A DNA stretch of 64,000 bases from Spongospora subterranea f. sp. subterranea (lineage: Eukaryota): positions 1 to 64,000 of the forward strand of contig JAUGWO010000023.1 of NCBI GenBank assembly GCA_049724395.1, read 5' to 3'. The position numbers were made by a program, and so were the translations under genes. The notes under the pieces were generated by a model. That model did no database searches. It was not told the DNA's origin and was given only the letters and a program-made list of their open reading frames with translations. Shown here piece by piece: positions 1 through 11,989 of this stretch (the first letter of the stretch is position 1; the number at the start of each line of letters is the position of its first letter).

Positions 1-723
1 TCGTATCATTTCAAACCCGAGTGCATGCCATTTTTGAGCGTTGCGGAGAACGACATTCCAAGGAAGCCCCTGGAGTAGCTGGTTTTTGAGAAGAGTTTGA
101 AGCGGCTTAGACGAGAAATGGAATAATGTGAACGCTTTATTTGAAATTATGAAGTTTTTGTTTGTGGTCCATCAACCGTTGCAGCTCGTCCTTCTCCTCA
201 AAGCTCAAGGAACGGCATGCACTCGCCTTTTAAATGGTAAGACACCCCAGCCGTCCATCCCTTTTCGAGGTTCGTTCGCTGCCGTTTGTACAGCCGCGTA
301 TCGCCTCGTTCTATAGTCTATTACAACCGACGCACACAGGGCGAGGACCTTTTGCCGAAACGACCTGGATGGACAGACCCATCGGCATCCGGGATTGCTT
401 AATGTGAACGTTATCAGCATCGGCGAACATTAATATAGACGCTTTACATCTAGACCGTCATCGTCACATTCCGAGTCCATCATGGTCAACGCCTCTCCAG
501 GTTGTCTGCGGAACAGGCTGTAGCCGCGTTCCAGCATCACCATATCCTGGCGAGACAGCAACGCCTTGCACCCGTTGATCAGGAACCGTTGGAGCTCGGT
601 CATTCTATCGAGCAATAAAAGACGTTAATATATAGGAAAATGGATCTCCAAGATCGCCAAGGGTGTGTCAAGTCTCAACGGGATTACCATTGAAAAATGC
701 TAGGGTTTGGGTTGTTACCGTGT
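1..723 (-). mobile_element. Partial inverted copy of the TIR (MULE-like) element at 2521-3878, cut by the window start
   Basis: The reverse complement of 1-~420 and ~555-723 aligns with ~3270-3680 and ~2814-2985. The paired ORFs 205..420/3237..3461 and 430..615/2866..3276 share sequence such as LDRMTELQRFL(I/V)NGCKALLS. Confidence 0.75.
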
Positions 724-725
724 TC

Positions 726-874
726 TAACGCGTTCGGGTTACAAACGCTATTCGTACGAAGTAATATGATGGTCGCCTACGATGTGAGGCAACAATAATG
801 ACTCGGATCGGCAAGCTATCGTGCACAACCAATTGGTGATAAATCCGAGTGAGGTTTATTTAGATACAAATACA
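726..874 (+). repeat. LTR-like repeat, copy 1
   Basis: TAACGCGTTCGGGTTACAAACGCTATTCGTACG...TAGATACAAATACA is nearly identical to 2355-2512, and an RT fragment lies downstream. Confidence 0.7.
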
Positions 875-929
875 CCATGACAGGGTAAATGAACTTTCGC
901 GAAGATGCTCAAAATTTGACGTTGCGCCA

Positions 930-1460
930 TTGGAGCCAGCAGGCAACATGCAAAGGTTACGACGAATTCGTGATGCTTCTCCTGCAGCAGGTTCCGTTGA
1001 TACATCAATGGAGCGGATGGATGACGAATTTGAAACTGAGATTTCCATCCCACAAGATCCACAGGCGTGGAAAGCAATGAAAGATGCGGTGGTGGAGGCT
1101 GCTGAAGCTTTACCGGTGGAATTCAAGCCAGAATTACGAGAATGTGAGATGAATTCGCCGATATTTTTCGAAGCGGCCTCTGGGCGGATCCGCCGATCAA
1201 GATCCCTCCTCTATCTTTACAGTTGATTGACGGCGCTAAGGCGTTCCAGATGCCGTCAACGTCGGTATGCGCCTACTCATTATCAGTTTCTGACGGATAT
1301 CTCTAAGCAGTTGCAAGATTACGGCTGTATTGTCAAAAATAATTCGGCGCGATTTGCATCGGCTGCGTTGGCAGCTCCGAAACCTGGCCGCCCGGGCCAA
1401 TTTCGACTGTGCGTCGATCTCCGACAGTTGAATGCAATAACGGAGCGATACGTCGGCCGC
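930..1460 (+). pseudogene. Ty3/gypsy-type pol (reverse transcriptase N-terminal) remnant
   Basis: The stretch ...IVKNNSARFASAALAAPKPGRPGQFRLCVDLRQLNAITER matches the RT 'SP...V.K...R.CVD.R.LN' motif. It is broken by stops and frameshifts. Confidence 0.75.
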
Positions 1461-1480
1461 AGTGGGACCAAGAATCAGTT

Positions 1481-1575
1481 ACCGATCCGAGTCATTATTG
1501 TTGCCTTACATTCGTAGGCGACCATCATATTACGTCGTACTCAATAGCGTTTCGTAACCCGAACGCGTTACAAAG
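1481..1575 (-). repeat. LTR-like repeat, inverted partial copy
   Basis: CCGATCCGAGTCATTATTGTTGCCTTACA...CCCGAACGCGTTACAAAG is the reverse complement of ~2351-2442. Confidence 0.75.
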
Positions 1576-2354
1576 CGTAATGAAATCACATCTGGCAGTG
1601 GACGAGCTTGTCGTGAAATCCGTCCAAAACGCTCCTGCATTTTCAATATAAGCGCTTGCTGTACCTTCGGTTGGTCTCGATAAGCCGCCGCCAGTCCTGA
1701 ACGTCAAGGCCTTATATGACGTGGTTTCCCACCGAATCGCCCGAGCTTGAACCGGCCCATCGAGGCAGCGTAAAAATGCTGATCCCCGAGCAGTGTCGTC
1801 ATAGACATCTGTGAGTATGCGAAAGCTGGAATCAAACTCCTCGAACTTCAGGAAGCGACATACTTCTGAGACATCTTGGTCCGACTCGGGGCTAACCTTA
1901 TGGCCCACCACGCCAACAAGCGTCCTCCTGAGATATGTGCTCGGCAAACCGCAGGAGTCCTTTCAGTGGTATATCCTTGACGTGCCTAACAAGAACCTCC
2001 GGCGACTCGGGTGTGTCGATTTTATATTTAACCTCCTGCTGGATATTTGGGGGAATATGATTGGGTTCCATCACCTTGGTTAATATCAATGATAATTTCT
2101 TCGATATCGAGCTCCTCGAATCTGGAAAATCTTTCATCCAGACGTTGGTCTATATATTGAACCAACGCCGCTTTGGAATTCGGGTTTTCCGCTCCCCTTC
2201 GCGATGATTCCACTGGTTCCGAATATTCCGCTGGGTCCTTCATCTCTTCCTCGATCCAGACGAAATTGCCCTTGCCTCCGGCCATGACGGGACAAAGCAA
2301 AAAATAAACAAATTAGATTAAATGCAATAACCCTTAGTTTGTTGTAAAGGCCTT

Positions 2355-2512
2355 TGTAACGCGTTCGGGTTACAAACGCTATTCGTACGACGTAATATGA
2401 TGGTCGCCTACGATGTAAGGCAACAATAATGACTCGGATCGGCAAGATATCTTGCACAACCAATTGGTGATAAATCCGAGTGACGTTTATTGACAGTAGA
2501 TACAAATAAATA
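2355..2512 (+). repeat. LTR-like repeat, copy 2 (starts TGTAAC, contains AATAAA)
   Basis: Direct repeat of 726-874 with a TG start, as expected of an LTR. Confidence 0.7.
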
Positions 2513-2520
2513 CGAGCTGT

Positions 2521-3878
2521 ACGAATTTAGTTGTTACCCACCCAATAACAACCCACGCAGTTTAAAACTGCGTACTACACGGTAACAACCCAAACCCTAG
2601 CTTTTACTACACGGTAACAACCCAAACCCTAGCTTGTACTACACGATAACAACCCAAACCCTAGCTTTTACTACATGGTAACAACCCAAACCCTAGCTTT
2701 TGTCAATGGTCACCCCGTTAAGACTTGACTCAACCTTGGCCCACCCAATAACAACCCACGCAGTTTAAAACTGCGTACTACACGGTAACAACAACCAAAC
2801 CCTAGCTTTTACTACACGGTAACAACCCAAACCCTAGCTTTTTTCAATGGTCACCCCGTTGAGACTTGACTCAACCTTGGCGATCTTGGAGATCCATTTT
2901 CCTATATATTAAGGTCTTTTTATTGCTCGATAGAATGACCGAGCTCCAAAGGTTCCTGGTCAACGGGTGCAAGGCATTGCTGTCGCTTACAACGGTTAAC
3001 GACGATCGTGTCGATACATCGCCGACGGATGAGCTTCTGGCCCCCTCGTACCCACAGTCCATGCCCAAAGCTTTTTTATACAAAGATACTTCACCACCGA
3101 AGTCGCCGCAGGATGCGTCTGGCAAATCGCCGCCCCAATCCATTGCAGAAGAAGAGACACATAAGTTCAACTTTACTTCAGATCCGCTATCAAATTCTGA
3201 TGCAAATTCGAGTATGTTTGAAGATACGTCGAAACCGTGCGTCTATATGGAAGTTTGCCGATGCCCACGGTTCTGATAACGTTCACATTAAGCAATCCCG
3301 GATGCCGATGGGTCTGTCCATCCAGGTGGTTTCGACAAAAGGTTCTCGCCCTGTATGCGTCGGCTGTAATCAAGCCATGGAACGAAGCGATGGGCGGCAG
3401 TACAAACGGCAGCGAACGAACCTCGAAAAGGGATGGACGGCTGGGCTGCCGTACCATTTGAAAGGCGAGTGCATGCCGTTGCTGAGCGCTGAGGAGAAGG
3501 ACGAGCTGCAACGGTGAATAGACCACAAACAAACGCTTCATAATTTTGGGTTCCATTTTCTCGTCTGAGCCGCTATAAACTCTTCTAAAAAATTAGCTGC
3601 TCCAGCCTAATTCGGCTTCTTTGGAATGTCGTTGTCCGCAACGCTCAAAAATGGCATGCACTCGGTTTGAAATGATACGACAGCCCCGTCGTCCATCCGG
3701 CTTCCACGACATCGCCGATTAGTACTCCTAGGATTTGGTACTGGAACACTAGCACACAGACCGTCATTTTATTCAAAAAAAAAGTCATAAAAACCGACTT
3801 AAAAGGTTGGGTTGTTACCGTGTAGTACGCAGTTTAAACTGCGTGGGTTGTTGGTGGGTGGGTAACAACTAAATTCGT
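2521..3878. mobile_element. Non-autonomous TIR DNA transposon (MULE-like) with subterminal tandem repeats
   Basis: There are ~73-bp TIRs: ACGAATTTAGTTGTTACCCACCC...CGCAGTTTAAAACTGCGTACTACACGGTAACAACCCAA at 2521-2593 and its reverse complement at ~3806-3878. AATACGAGCTGTACG is repeated at 2509-2523 and 3886-3900. Confidence 0.7.
2574..2840. repeat. Tandem ~31-32 bp repeat TACTACACGGTAACAACCCAAACCCTAGCTTT (4 + 2 copies)
   Basis: Directly visible. The array is interrupted by a duplicated TIR-derived segment at ~2740-2780. Confidence 0.9.
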
Positions 3879-3937
3879 TACTGCCAATACGAGCTGTACG
3901 GGATAAATGCGCGGGATGAGTGGGGCCCGCGCCACAC

Positions 3938-4240
3938 GTGTAGAAGAGACTAGGGTTTGGGTTGTTACCGTGTAGAAGAGACTAGGGTTTGGGTTGTTAC
4001 CGTGTAGAAGAGACTAGGGTTTGGGTGGTTACCGTGTAGAAGAGACTAGGGTTTGGGTTGTTACCGTGTAGAAGAGACTAGGGTTTGGGTTGTTACCGTG
4101 TAGAAGAGACTAGGGTTTGGGTGGTTACCGTGTAGAAGAGACTAGGGTTTGGGTTGTTACCGTGTAGAAGAGACTAGGGTTTGGGTTGTTACCGTGTAGA
4201 AGAGACTAGGGTTTGTGTTATTACCGTCTAGGGTTTGGGC
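3938..4240. repeat. Tandem 32-bp repeat GTGTAGAAGAGACTAGGGTTTGGGTTGTTACC (~9 copies)
   Basis: Unit starts at 3938, 3970, 4002 ... 4194. The core is the reverse complement of the 2574-2840 repeat core. Confidence 0.95.
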
Positions 4241-4255
4241 ATCGCTTTGGTACGA

Positions 4256-4597
4256 TCACTGGAGGTTTGGTGATTCCATCGCTAACCAGTTCGTAAACCG
4301 GGATTGGAAATTTATCGGTGCGCTGTAAGCAGAGATTAAGGAAGCAACTCGGTAACAATGGTAAAGAAAATTTAGGTACTCGCCTCCGATGAAACTGATC
4401 GCGGCAGCGGCGTGAGAACATGGTTTACCGAATTCTTGAAAAAGTCCACACGAACACGTCTTTGTATCAAGATCAACGCTGCGATACGTGTTTCCATTTT
4501 TGTTTTTGACGTCAAACACAGAATTCGAAAATTTGAAAATCTCACAAAGTCGTCCCTCCTTCAAAGTGTTGTTGTACTCAGTTTGAAAGCGAAGCAT
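4256..4597 (-). pseudogene. Mutator/MULE transposase remnant, SWIM zinc finger
   Basis: VDLDTKTCSCGLFQEFGKPCSHAAAAI fits the CxCxnCxH SWIM motif typical of MULE transposases. Confidence 0.8.
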
Positions 4598-5726
4598 AAC
4601 TTTTGTATAAGATTTCGAGCAAACTGTTCCCGGTTAACATTCTAAGAATGCTTTTCGTGTGATGGTTCTCAGCAAACTCGTCTTGTTGAGCTCAATATTA
4701 AGGTGGCCACTTTAGCACAACATCACGACCCTACTTTGTTGGCACTGTGGCCGAATGCCGCTATCACGCGCGTCAAGGCACCGTTGAATTCAAATAAAGG
4801 GGACTGCAGAAACCATTACGACATGTACGTACTTATTTCCCATCAGTCAGTGATGTCTAATGGTTTTATAAGAAGGTTCAGCAGTGTAAGCTGATATGTC
4901 AACTGATGATGGAGGACACCCATTGGTATTTAACAGTCAATGAACGAACTTGGGCGCAAATATAATACTCCACACAACGATTGACAAATAAATTACGAAC
5001 AGTCGATGGAGCAAATTTTCGTCGAGTACCCGATAAGCTAAATAAGATAAAAATTCGACAAGGCGTCTGATATGTATAGGAGAACAAGTGTTCGCTTCCA
5101 TCCTAATAGGCTCAGTGAAAACTAGGTGTGGAAACCAAGGACGATCTCCAATATCAAATAAGTGATATGGGCCATGGGAGCCATATTTACCAATATGGGG
5201 CTCGATCAGTTGGTCATTCCAACTGGACCCATCGGGATTGTCATTAAACAGTCACCATGCCCGAGCTCATTGTCGACGCAGCATTCTCTGGCCCAACATG
5301 AGCTAAACTTGAATTGTGTTGGATATTGATATCAAAATTATGTGTCATCAAGACACCAGCGTTTTCGTCAGGTGTGCCAAACTCTTCTGCAGCGTCACCA
5401 GACATGGGATTCAACGATTGTACCAGAAACTTCGGTAGACTATGGGTTCAACCATCCCTTTCGTATCGTCTATACCAAAAATTTAATACCAACGAATTAT
5501 CACTTGAGTTGGTACCATAAGAGCGCTCGTACGAACTAAAATCAATACAGCCCAAATGAGAACCGTGTATTTATCTTGAGTTCGAGCCGTCTATTTCTTG
5601 AGTTTGTAAAATGAAAGAAAAACTGCGTGAGTTCGTAGTGAGTTCGTATGAGTACAGACCAGTTATAGTGACTGCTGAAGATCTAATCACATAAAACTAT
5701 ATACAAGCATTCCGTGAAACACGATC

Positions 5727-6700
5727 ATGAGTAGATTGACTACATTGCAGCACCAACAAAGTCATGTATTGCTTAGGTTGTTGTATGTGCTGTTCACAGT
5801 GTACAGAGTGACACTTCAAAAAATCTCGCCAGTTCTACTGATTCCATCATCTGTTGTTTCTTTTGCGCCTTCATCCCGTCAATACAATAACACACATCGT
5901 GAAGCACTCCCTCTGAATAGTGTCGAACAAAGGGTTGATTTCGCTCATCTCAAACCCCGTAAAAATGATGTGATTAGAGATGGCTTTACTAGTGGTTTTG
6001 CATCCAAACCTTACGCTGACCCGTTGGTCTCTGCTATGCAAGATACTCCTGATACAGATGTTGTTCAAGATCAGTTAATAGCTACTCTTAATATGCAAGA
6101 TAATCCTGAAACAGATGCTGTTCACGATAAGTTAATAATTACTCCTAATATGCAAGGTAATCCTGAAACAGATGTTGTTCACGATCAGTTAATAATTACT
6201 TCTAATATGCAAGATAATCCTGAAACAGATGTTGTTCACAATCAGTTATTACCAAGCTGTAAACATACTCTTGATACAGACATTGATCACGACCCATCAT
6301 CTCCATCAGAACCTGAATTGCAATCCATGATCGTTGGGTCAGGCGAGGACGCGCTTTCGCTCTCCGGACCTCAGGTCTTAGTGTCGTCATCAGACACAGA
6401 TATTTTGCTCGATCAGTCATCATCAAACTGTGTTATAGAGTCAGACTCTTCTCCTTTCATTGCTCACTCCTCCGCCCATCATGAATCCTTACCGTCATCG
6501 ACATTATCAATTAGCCCGGCCGTTCGTCATCGCAATCATCATGTCGTCGCCCTAGTTTCAGCGTTGTAATTGCATTATCGAGCATTTGTTCGGTTGCAAT
6601 TTTGAGTTCTATTTGGTTATACAACATGTCAATGTGGATAGCATCCCAGCATCGAATACGGGGTGTTCCTCATGATCCTTTACCAGTGGAGATTATTTAA
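5727..6700 (+). CDS. Ser/Asp-rich repeat membrane protein, family member A (frameshift near 6510)
   Basis: It has an N-terminal hydrophobic stretch and 4 x 19-aa repeats (MQDNPETDVVHDQLIITxN). The C-terminal TM and tail (..SSICSVAILSSIWLYNMSMWIASQHRIRGVPHDPLPVEII*) lie in another frame ending at 6700 and match ORF 10202..11248. Confidence 0.6.
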
Positions 6701-7730
6701 CGCCACCCGCTCATTGAATCTTCCAGTCTATAATTATTGACAAGTTTACAATATATGAGTATATAATACTATTGTTTATTCAGTAAGCGTTGTTCAAAAT
6801 AACTTTCAATTACAGCGGTGTTGCAATGCATTGAAATCTAATGCAAAGCTTTGAATTGGGAATAAAAATTTAATGCCCTTTGGATCGGGCAAAATTATTT
6901 ATTCAAGAGGGCGCCTTCTCCGCAGAATACCTTTTATAGAAAACTCATCGCTGGTGAAAAATCAATCGCCATTGAGCGGCCACCTGACCTAGAACGGATA
7001 TGACGAAAATTTTCAACCCAGTTGCTAGCATAGAATTAGAGATTGAAAACAAGTAGGCGTATTGACAACAGTTGGTACAGCATCGTCCATGTTCAGTCAT
7101 CTGTGACAACTTTCCAAAATATGCCGGCCGGGAATATTGTCGGTTTTAATTTGACATGACCCAAGAATGTCAAGAGAAAGAAAAAAGATTTTGTTGGATA
7201 ATCAAATTGTATTCAACTCCCTATGACGTAAATCAATATTCACGTACCTTGAGTGTAATTACTTCCTGATTTGAATTAGTTCGTATTCACTCCCCTAATT
7301 TGTGTTCAGGTCCTAGGATTATTATTCACACAACGGCCCACCATTTGACAGTACCTATCACATCGACAGACCCTGCAAACAAACAATTGCGCTTTTTTCT
7401 CGAAATGCCGAAAACGATTGGAGCTTCCACCAGCTTTACAGACAAAACAGTGTGCACTCCTCCTGTTAGACAGCAACTGGCGATCCAAAAAAATGTTTCC
7501 GGATTCGAATTTAGGACGGCGGTTCGAGGAATATTGGCGTGTCGTGTGGCCACTAATCTACCTCGATTAGTCTAGGTTCTGACAACGATCCTTTTATAAC
7601 CGCTTGTCCATCGACTAGCCACGAATGTGAGCCTATAAACATAATCTCTCGAACAAACTGGGAACAGGGGCCCATGACGTTGATTGCCTTGGAAAAAAGA
7701 ATGCCGTGCATTTACAACAACGTTTGACCT

Positions 7731-8408
7731 GTTTTTGGTGTGTCACACCCAGACACACCCAGCCCTAGATTAATCCAAGGATCAATTCGACACACCCAAG
7801 AAAGTCAATGGGGATTAATCCTTCCGAAACGACACACCCAAAAGTCCATGGGAATTAATCCCATGGGATATTCATGATTACATCAATTAACACAATGGAT
7901 CCGAGTCCAGCGGAATGTTTTATTGTTCAGGCCGCGCGTGCGATGTTAGCGATGGTGGACGCGTTCGGTTCAAACCAGAACATTGACATGGTTGAGGTGC
8001 TTTCAACATTGAGGCACGGAGGTGCGAAGTCATCTTCACCGCCTCAGCAGATGCCATCAGAGCAACCCTGGAGCTCGTGCTCATCTAATACCGTCAATGC
8101 GAGTTGCTCTTTTACAAAGGAAACTATCCTCGACTGGGAGACACCCACTGGACGTCCTTGCATTGTAGGGCCAAGAAGATTTTGAACAAACAGTCAGGTT
8201 TGAATTGGATTGAACGGTCTACGCCAAACTAGCAATGACTATTTTGAAATGGGATAGGTTTTTGTCCTCTGTCGCGTTCATGTTTGATATAATGTCTTGG
8301 GTGTGTGGTTTCTCTGTTTATCTCGGCCGTTAAACCACCATGGACTTTCTTGGGTGTGTCAAATTAATTCTCGGATTAATCTAGGGCTGGGTGTGTGACA
8401 CCAAAAAC
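7731..8408. mobile_element. MITE-like element with ~75-80 bp TIRs
   Basis: GTTTTTGGTG..CACACCCAGCCCTAGATTAATCC..GACACACCCAAGAAAGTC at 7731-7811 is inverted at 8338-8408. Confidence 0.75.
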
Positions 8409-8699
8409 TAGTGGACCTTAAAATCTAGTGCGTGCCTGGCAGCCACGGCATTACGGTATGTATATTTTGCAAAATGTCCGTCAAGTATGGTCGCTTCGCT
8501 CCCATGGCATTTTGAAATTGGAGCTCTGACCTGCTCTGACCTCCATTTTGGCTCCATAACTGCGCAGCCATGGTTGATGATCATGCGTTTCCCTTTTACC
8601 CTGGTCTATACTGGGCTGTGCAACATGTTATCAAAGAGCCCTGTCATACTTCCACTCTCTCTGGCAAAGCTTGGGTCACCGAACTGCTAAAAATGTGGA

Positions 8700-9435
8700 A
8701 TGAGTGACCGGACGGTTGCCTTGCTGAGACGGACCAATTCCGCTTTACGCCTGGACTCCTCCAAATCGACGTACTTTGCAATGGCCTAACCGATCATCAT
8801 TCCGGCCGATCTCCGGTCGACTTTCACACACCAACGTTTTTGCGAGGTGATTTCGAGTTTTGCGAAGTTCTTCCGGTGAGGCTGCCCTCCTGCGACGGTT
8901 GCGGGCATCCTTGGTGGGTGGAAAATGCAAGATCCAGTGCGCTGGGGCATAACTGAGTTGAATGCCGATGGCGACATCGTGTCAAACGTTGAAAATGGAA
9001 ACAGTAAGTTTTCGCTTTCGCCGATCAGAACCTTGTGAGAAGGAAAGAATCCAAAGGGCATGGCCGCGTATTCGCCTGTAACGACGGCGCCGATAAGCAG
9101 GACCGTTAACGAATCATGTAACGGGAAAGGTGTCGTCAGAAATTAACGAAAAAAATTGATAGTTGTAATAACGGCGACCCAAACTTCATCGAGGGCTATC
9201 GGGACTTGCGTGACATCCCACCCGAACCCTGAATTGTTTTTTAAGTATGTGAAATCTTTGAAAACCTCTCTTCAACGCATCAAGACTGGACTTGATCTTC
9301 CCCGGAAGTAGACTGCATTTGAATTGCATGTTGAATGCTACCGTTACCGCCGCATCGGCGCGTTTACCCATATCAGCCTGAGCCTGCAGCTGTGCGACTA
9401 GGAACTGGTCCTTAGTTGCATCCCATACGGCCCTG
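8700..9435 (-). pseudogene. Myb/SANT-like protein remnant (PIF/Harbinger accessory ORF type)
   Basis: Minus-strand translation across frameshifts reads AVWDATKDQFLVAQLQAQADMGKRAD..VTVAFN..KIKSSLDALKRGFQRFHILK/NNSGFGWD..PFPLHDSLTVLLIGAVVTGEYA. These are the hallmark SGFGWD and PFP..D.L...ATG motifs. Confidence 0.65.
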
Positions 9436-10201
9436 AGATGGTTCTCCTATGGCGTCATTGTTGTGTGGGGGAACCGTCTGGGGAACGGCACAACTCGTCT
9501 GGGGAATGGCACAACTTTCTGAAAACTTGAGTGTCTGGCAAAACCAAAACACTATGGCGTTTCTGATGTTCTGTTGAAAGGCTCCATCTCGTGATTCTTG
9601 CCATTGAGAATTGATTAGGACCGGCACCCTGCCAGAAAGAAACTCCCCTAAATTCTCCCGCAATGAAGACAGACTGCGCCCTTTCACGCTCTGAAGGTCC
9701 AATTCTATTCAGACACCCTGTCGAGTTTCGGCTGGATGGATATCGGATCGATTGTCGCTTGCGATTGTTGTCTTCAGATCTTGATGGACTGCATCAACCT
9801 TTCAGAAAGTGCTGGCATCACTTGTGGCCGATTTTCCGTCGGGTCACAAGCTTGGCTGACTGCTGTGAGTAATCGCGGGCGAAATTACGATAGAGATCAC
9901 AAGAGAATATATTAGCACTCCATATAGGATGCTCAGGATACATCAATTTCATAGATTACAAAATCCTGCAAAATCACGGTTCTGAGTCTTTTTAGGAGTT
10001 GAAGGAATCCCTTTGCCGCAATAGTCTGACAATATTCCCCGGTAGCAATCAGTTTACGTCAATCATCACTTTAACAAGTTCCGTTTGTGTCACCACCAAT
10101 TCATTATTACTGAAATAAATAATTGTTACTATTTATATAAATACTCCTACTTTACAGATAGAGGTTGTCAATAATTATAGACTGGAAGCATTGTGGTGAC
10201 G

Positions 10202-11248
10202 TCAAATCATCTGCGCTGGTAAAGGATCATGAGGAACACCCCGTATTCGATGCTGGGATGCTATCCACATTGACATATTGTATAACCAAATAGAACTCAA
10301 AATTGCAACCGAACACATACTTGAAAATGCAATCACAACGCCGATACTATGACGACGAAATGATGATTGCGACGACGAATGGTCAGGAGTTGATAATGAC
10401 GATGAGGCGATCAGATTGTGGTCGATTAGATATGAGGAATCACTAACGGTGGAGGAGTGAGTGATTGGAGAAGGCTCTGAATCGACAACAGGGTTTGATG
10501 ATGATTGATCGATCAGAATATCTGTGTCTGATGACGACACTAAGACTTGAGGTTCGGAGAACGAGCCCGCGTCTTCGCCTCGCCCGTCGAGCATGGACTG
10601 CAATTCAGGTGCTGATGGAGAGAGTGGGTCGTGATCATTGTCTGTATCAAGAGTATGTTGACTGCTTGGTCTTGATTGATCGTGATCAAGATCTGTGTCT
10701 GATGACGACACTAAGACCTGAGGTTCGGAGAACGAGACCGCGTCTTCGCCTCGCCCCTCGAACATGGACCGCAATTCAGGTTTTGGTGGAGAGGGTGGGT
10801 CGTGATCAATGTTTGTATCAAGAGTATGCTGACTGCTTGAAATTAACTGATCGTGGTCAATACCTGTTTCAGAGGTATGTCGCATATTAAGGGGCAGACA
10901 ATCGAGACAATAATATGAATCAGGGGTATTTTCCAAATCATTGGGCACCCCTTCGAAAAAAACAACTGGACCATGAGTATGTTCCATAAGCCTTGACGAA
11001 CCGGGATCCAAACTGAATTGCCAGGAGCGATCAATCGAGTAATACTCAATGAAAGGATGACTGAAATGTAGACGAGCGGGATCCAAATGCACTTCGACAC
11101 TGTCTAGAGTTTTACGCAAGTCGACATAGGCAAAGAGTACCAAAAAAAAAACAGCAAACCCGATTACAAAGGATCGATACCCCCGAAAATCATTGGAGCT
11201 CATAATGTTGATATACATGAAATATAAACACCAAGAAGATGGATCCAT
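10202..11248 (-). CDS. Ser/Asp-rich repeat membrane protein, family member B
   Basis: Intact 348-aa ORF (real start may be the Met of MSSNDF) with an N-terminal TM, a duplicated ~59-aa block and a C-terminal TM. It is a paralog of 5727-6700. Confidence 0.7.
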   Translation of the reverse strand: MDPSSWCLYFMYINIMSSNDFRGYRSFVIGFAVFFLVLFAYVDLRKTLDSVEVHLDPARLHFSHPFIEYYSIDRSWQFSLDPGSSRLMEHTHGPVVFFEGVPNDLENTPDSYYCLDCLPLNMRHTSETGIDHDQLISSSQHTLDTNIDHDPPSPPKPELRSMFEGRGEDAVSFSEPQVLVSSSDTDLDHDQSRPSSQHTLDTDNDHDPLSPSAPELQSMLDGRGEDAGSFSEPQVLVSSSDTDILIDQSSSNPVVDSEPSPITHSSTVSDSSYLIDHNLIASSSLSTPDHSSSQSSFRRHSIGVVIAFSSMCSVAILSSIWLYNMSMWIASQHRIRGVPHDPLPAQMI

Positions 11249-11989
11249 TCTTTGGGGATTTCAGTTGAGTAAATCTAATGGTGGTCGAGGTTCCAGGATT
11301 GGGTTTGCGAGTCAACTGAAACTGCGTGAGGAATGGCAGGCACCGTGGCGCAAAACAGACCACGGTGTAGAATGACTCTGGGTCGCTCAGACTATCTTCC
11401 AACATCAATTTACAATAGAAACGGTGCTCCCATTCACTACATTGCATTGAGAATATATGAATCAGTCCACAATTATCGAATATGCGAGGTAAACCCTAGC
11501 AGTCTTACACAAGAACGATGTCAATCATTAAGGGCCATGAAGTTACTGTACCACAATGCTTTTCATCAATTTACGCTTGGGTTCGTTTCGTGACATCGAT
11601 TCAATTATCAGATGAACGTATCAGAACTTAGAGCGAAGGTTGAACTCAATTTGCGCATTCAATCAATTGTGTAAACAAATCCCCGCTTAGCTTTCTGAAA
11701 AAGATTTACGCGTTGATGATTCCAAAAACCTTTCTCGGTACGGCTTGATAAGCTCAATATATCAGAATTAGCGACGGTAGCACTAGAGCAAGGTTTACAT
11801 GTACAATGGACGTTTTGTCGTGGGCTGAAATTCGCCATCACTCCAGTCAAGTTCAGCAAAATCGCATTGTACACAAACCATTACGACCTGATTATAGATC
11901 TCATATTTTCGATCAGTCGGAGATGTACAATAGTCTCACCGAAGGTGCCAATCTTAGTATTGACTGTCTGGATCTGGTGGAGAGTATGG

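Noticed and set aside
3938..4240. True telomere or chromosome end
   Set aside because: The unit is 32 bp with non-telomeric sequence, internal to the contig and tied to transposon ends.
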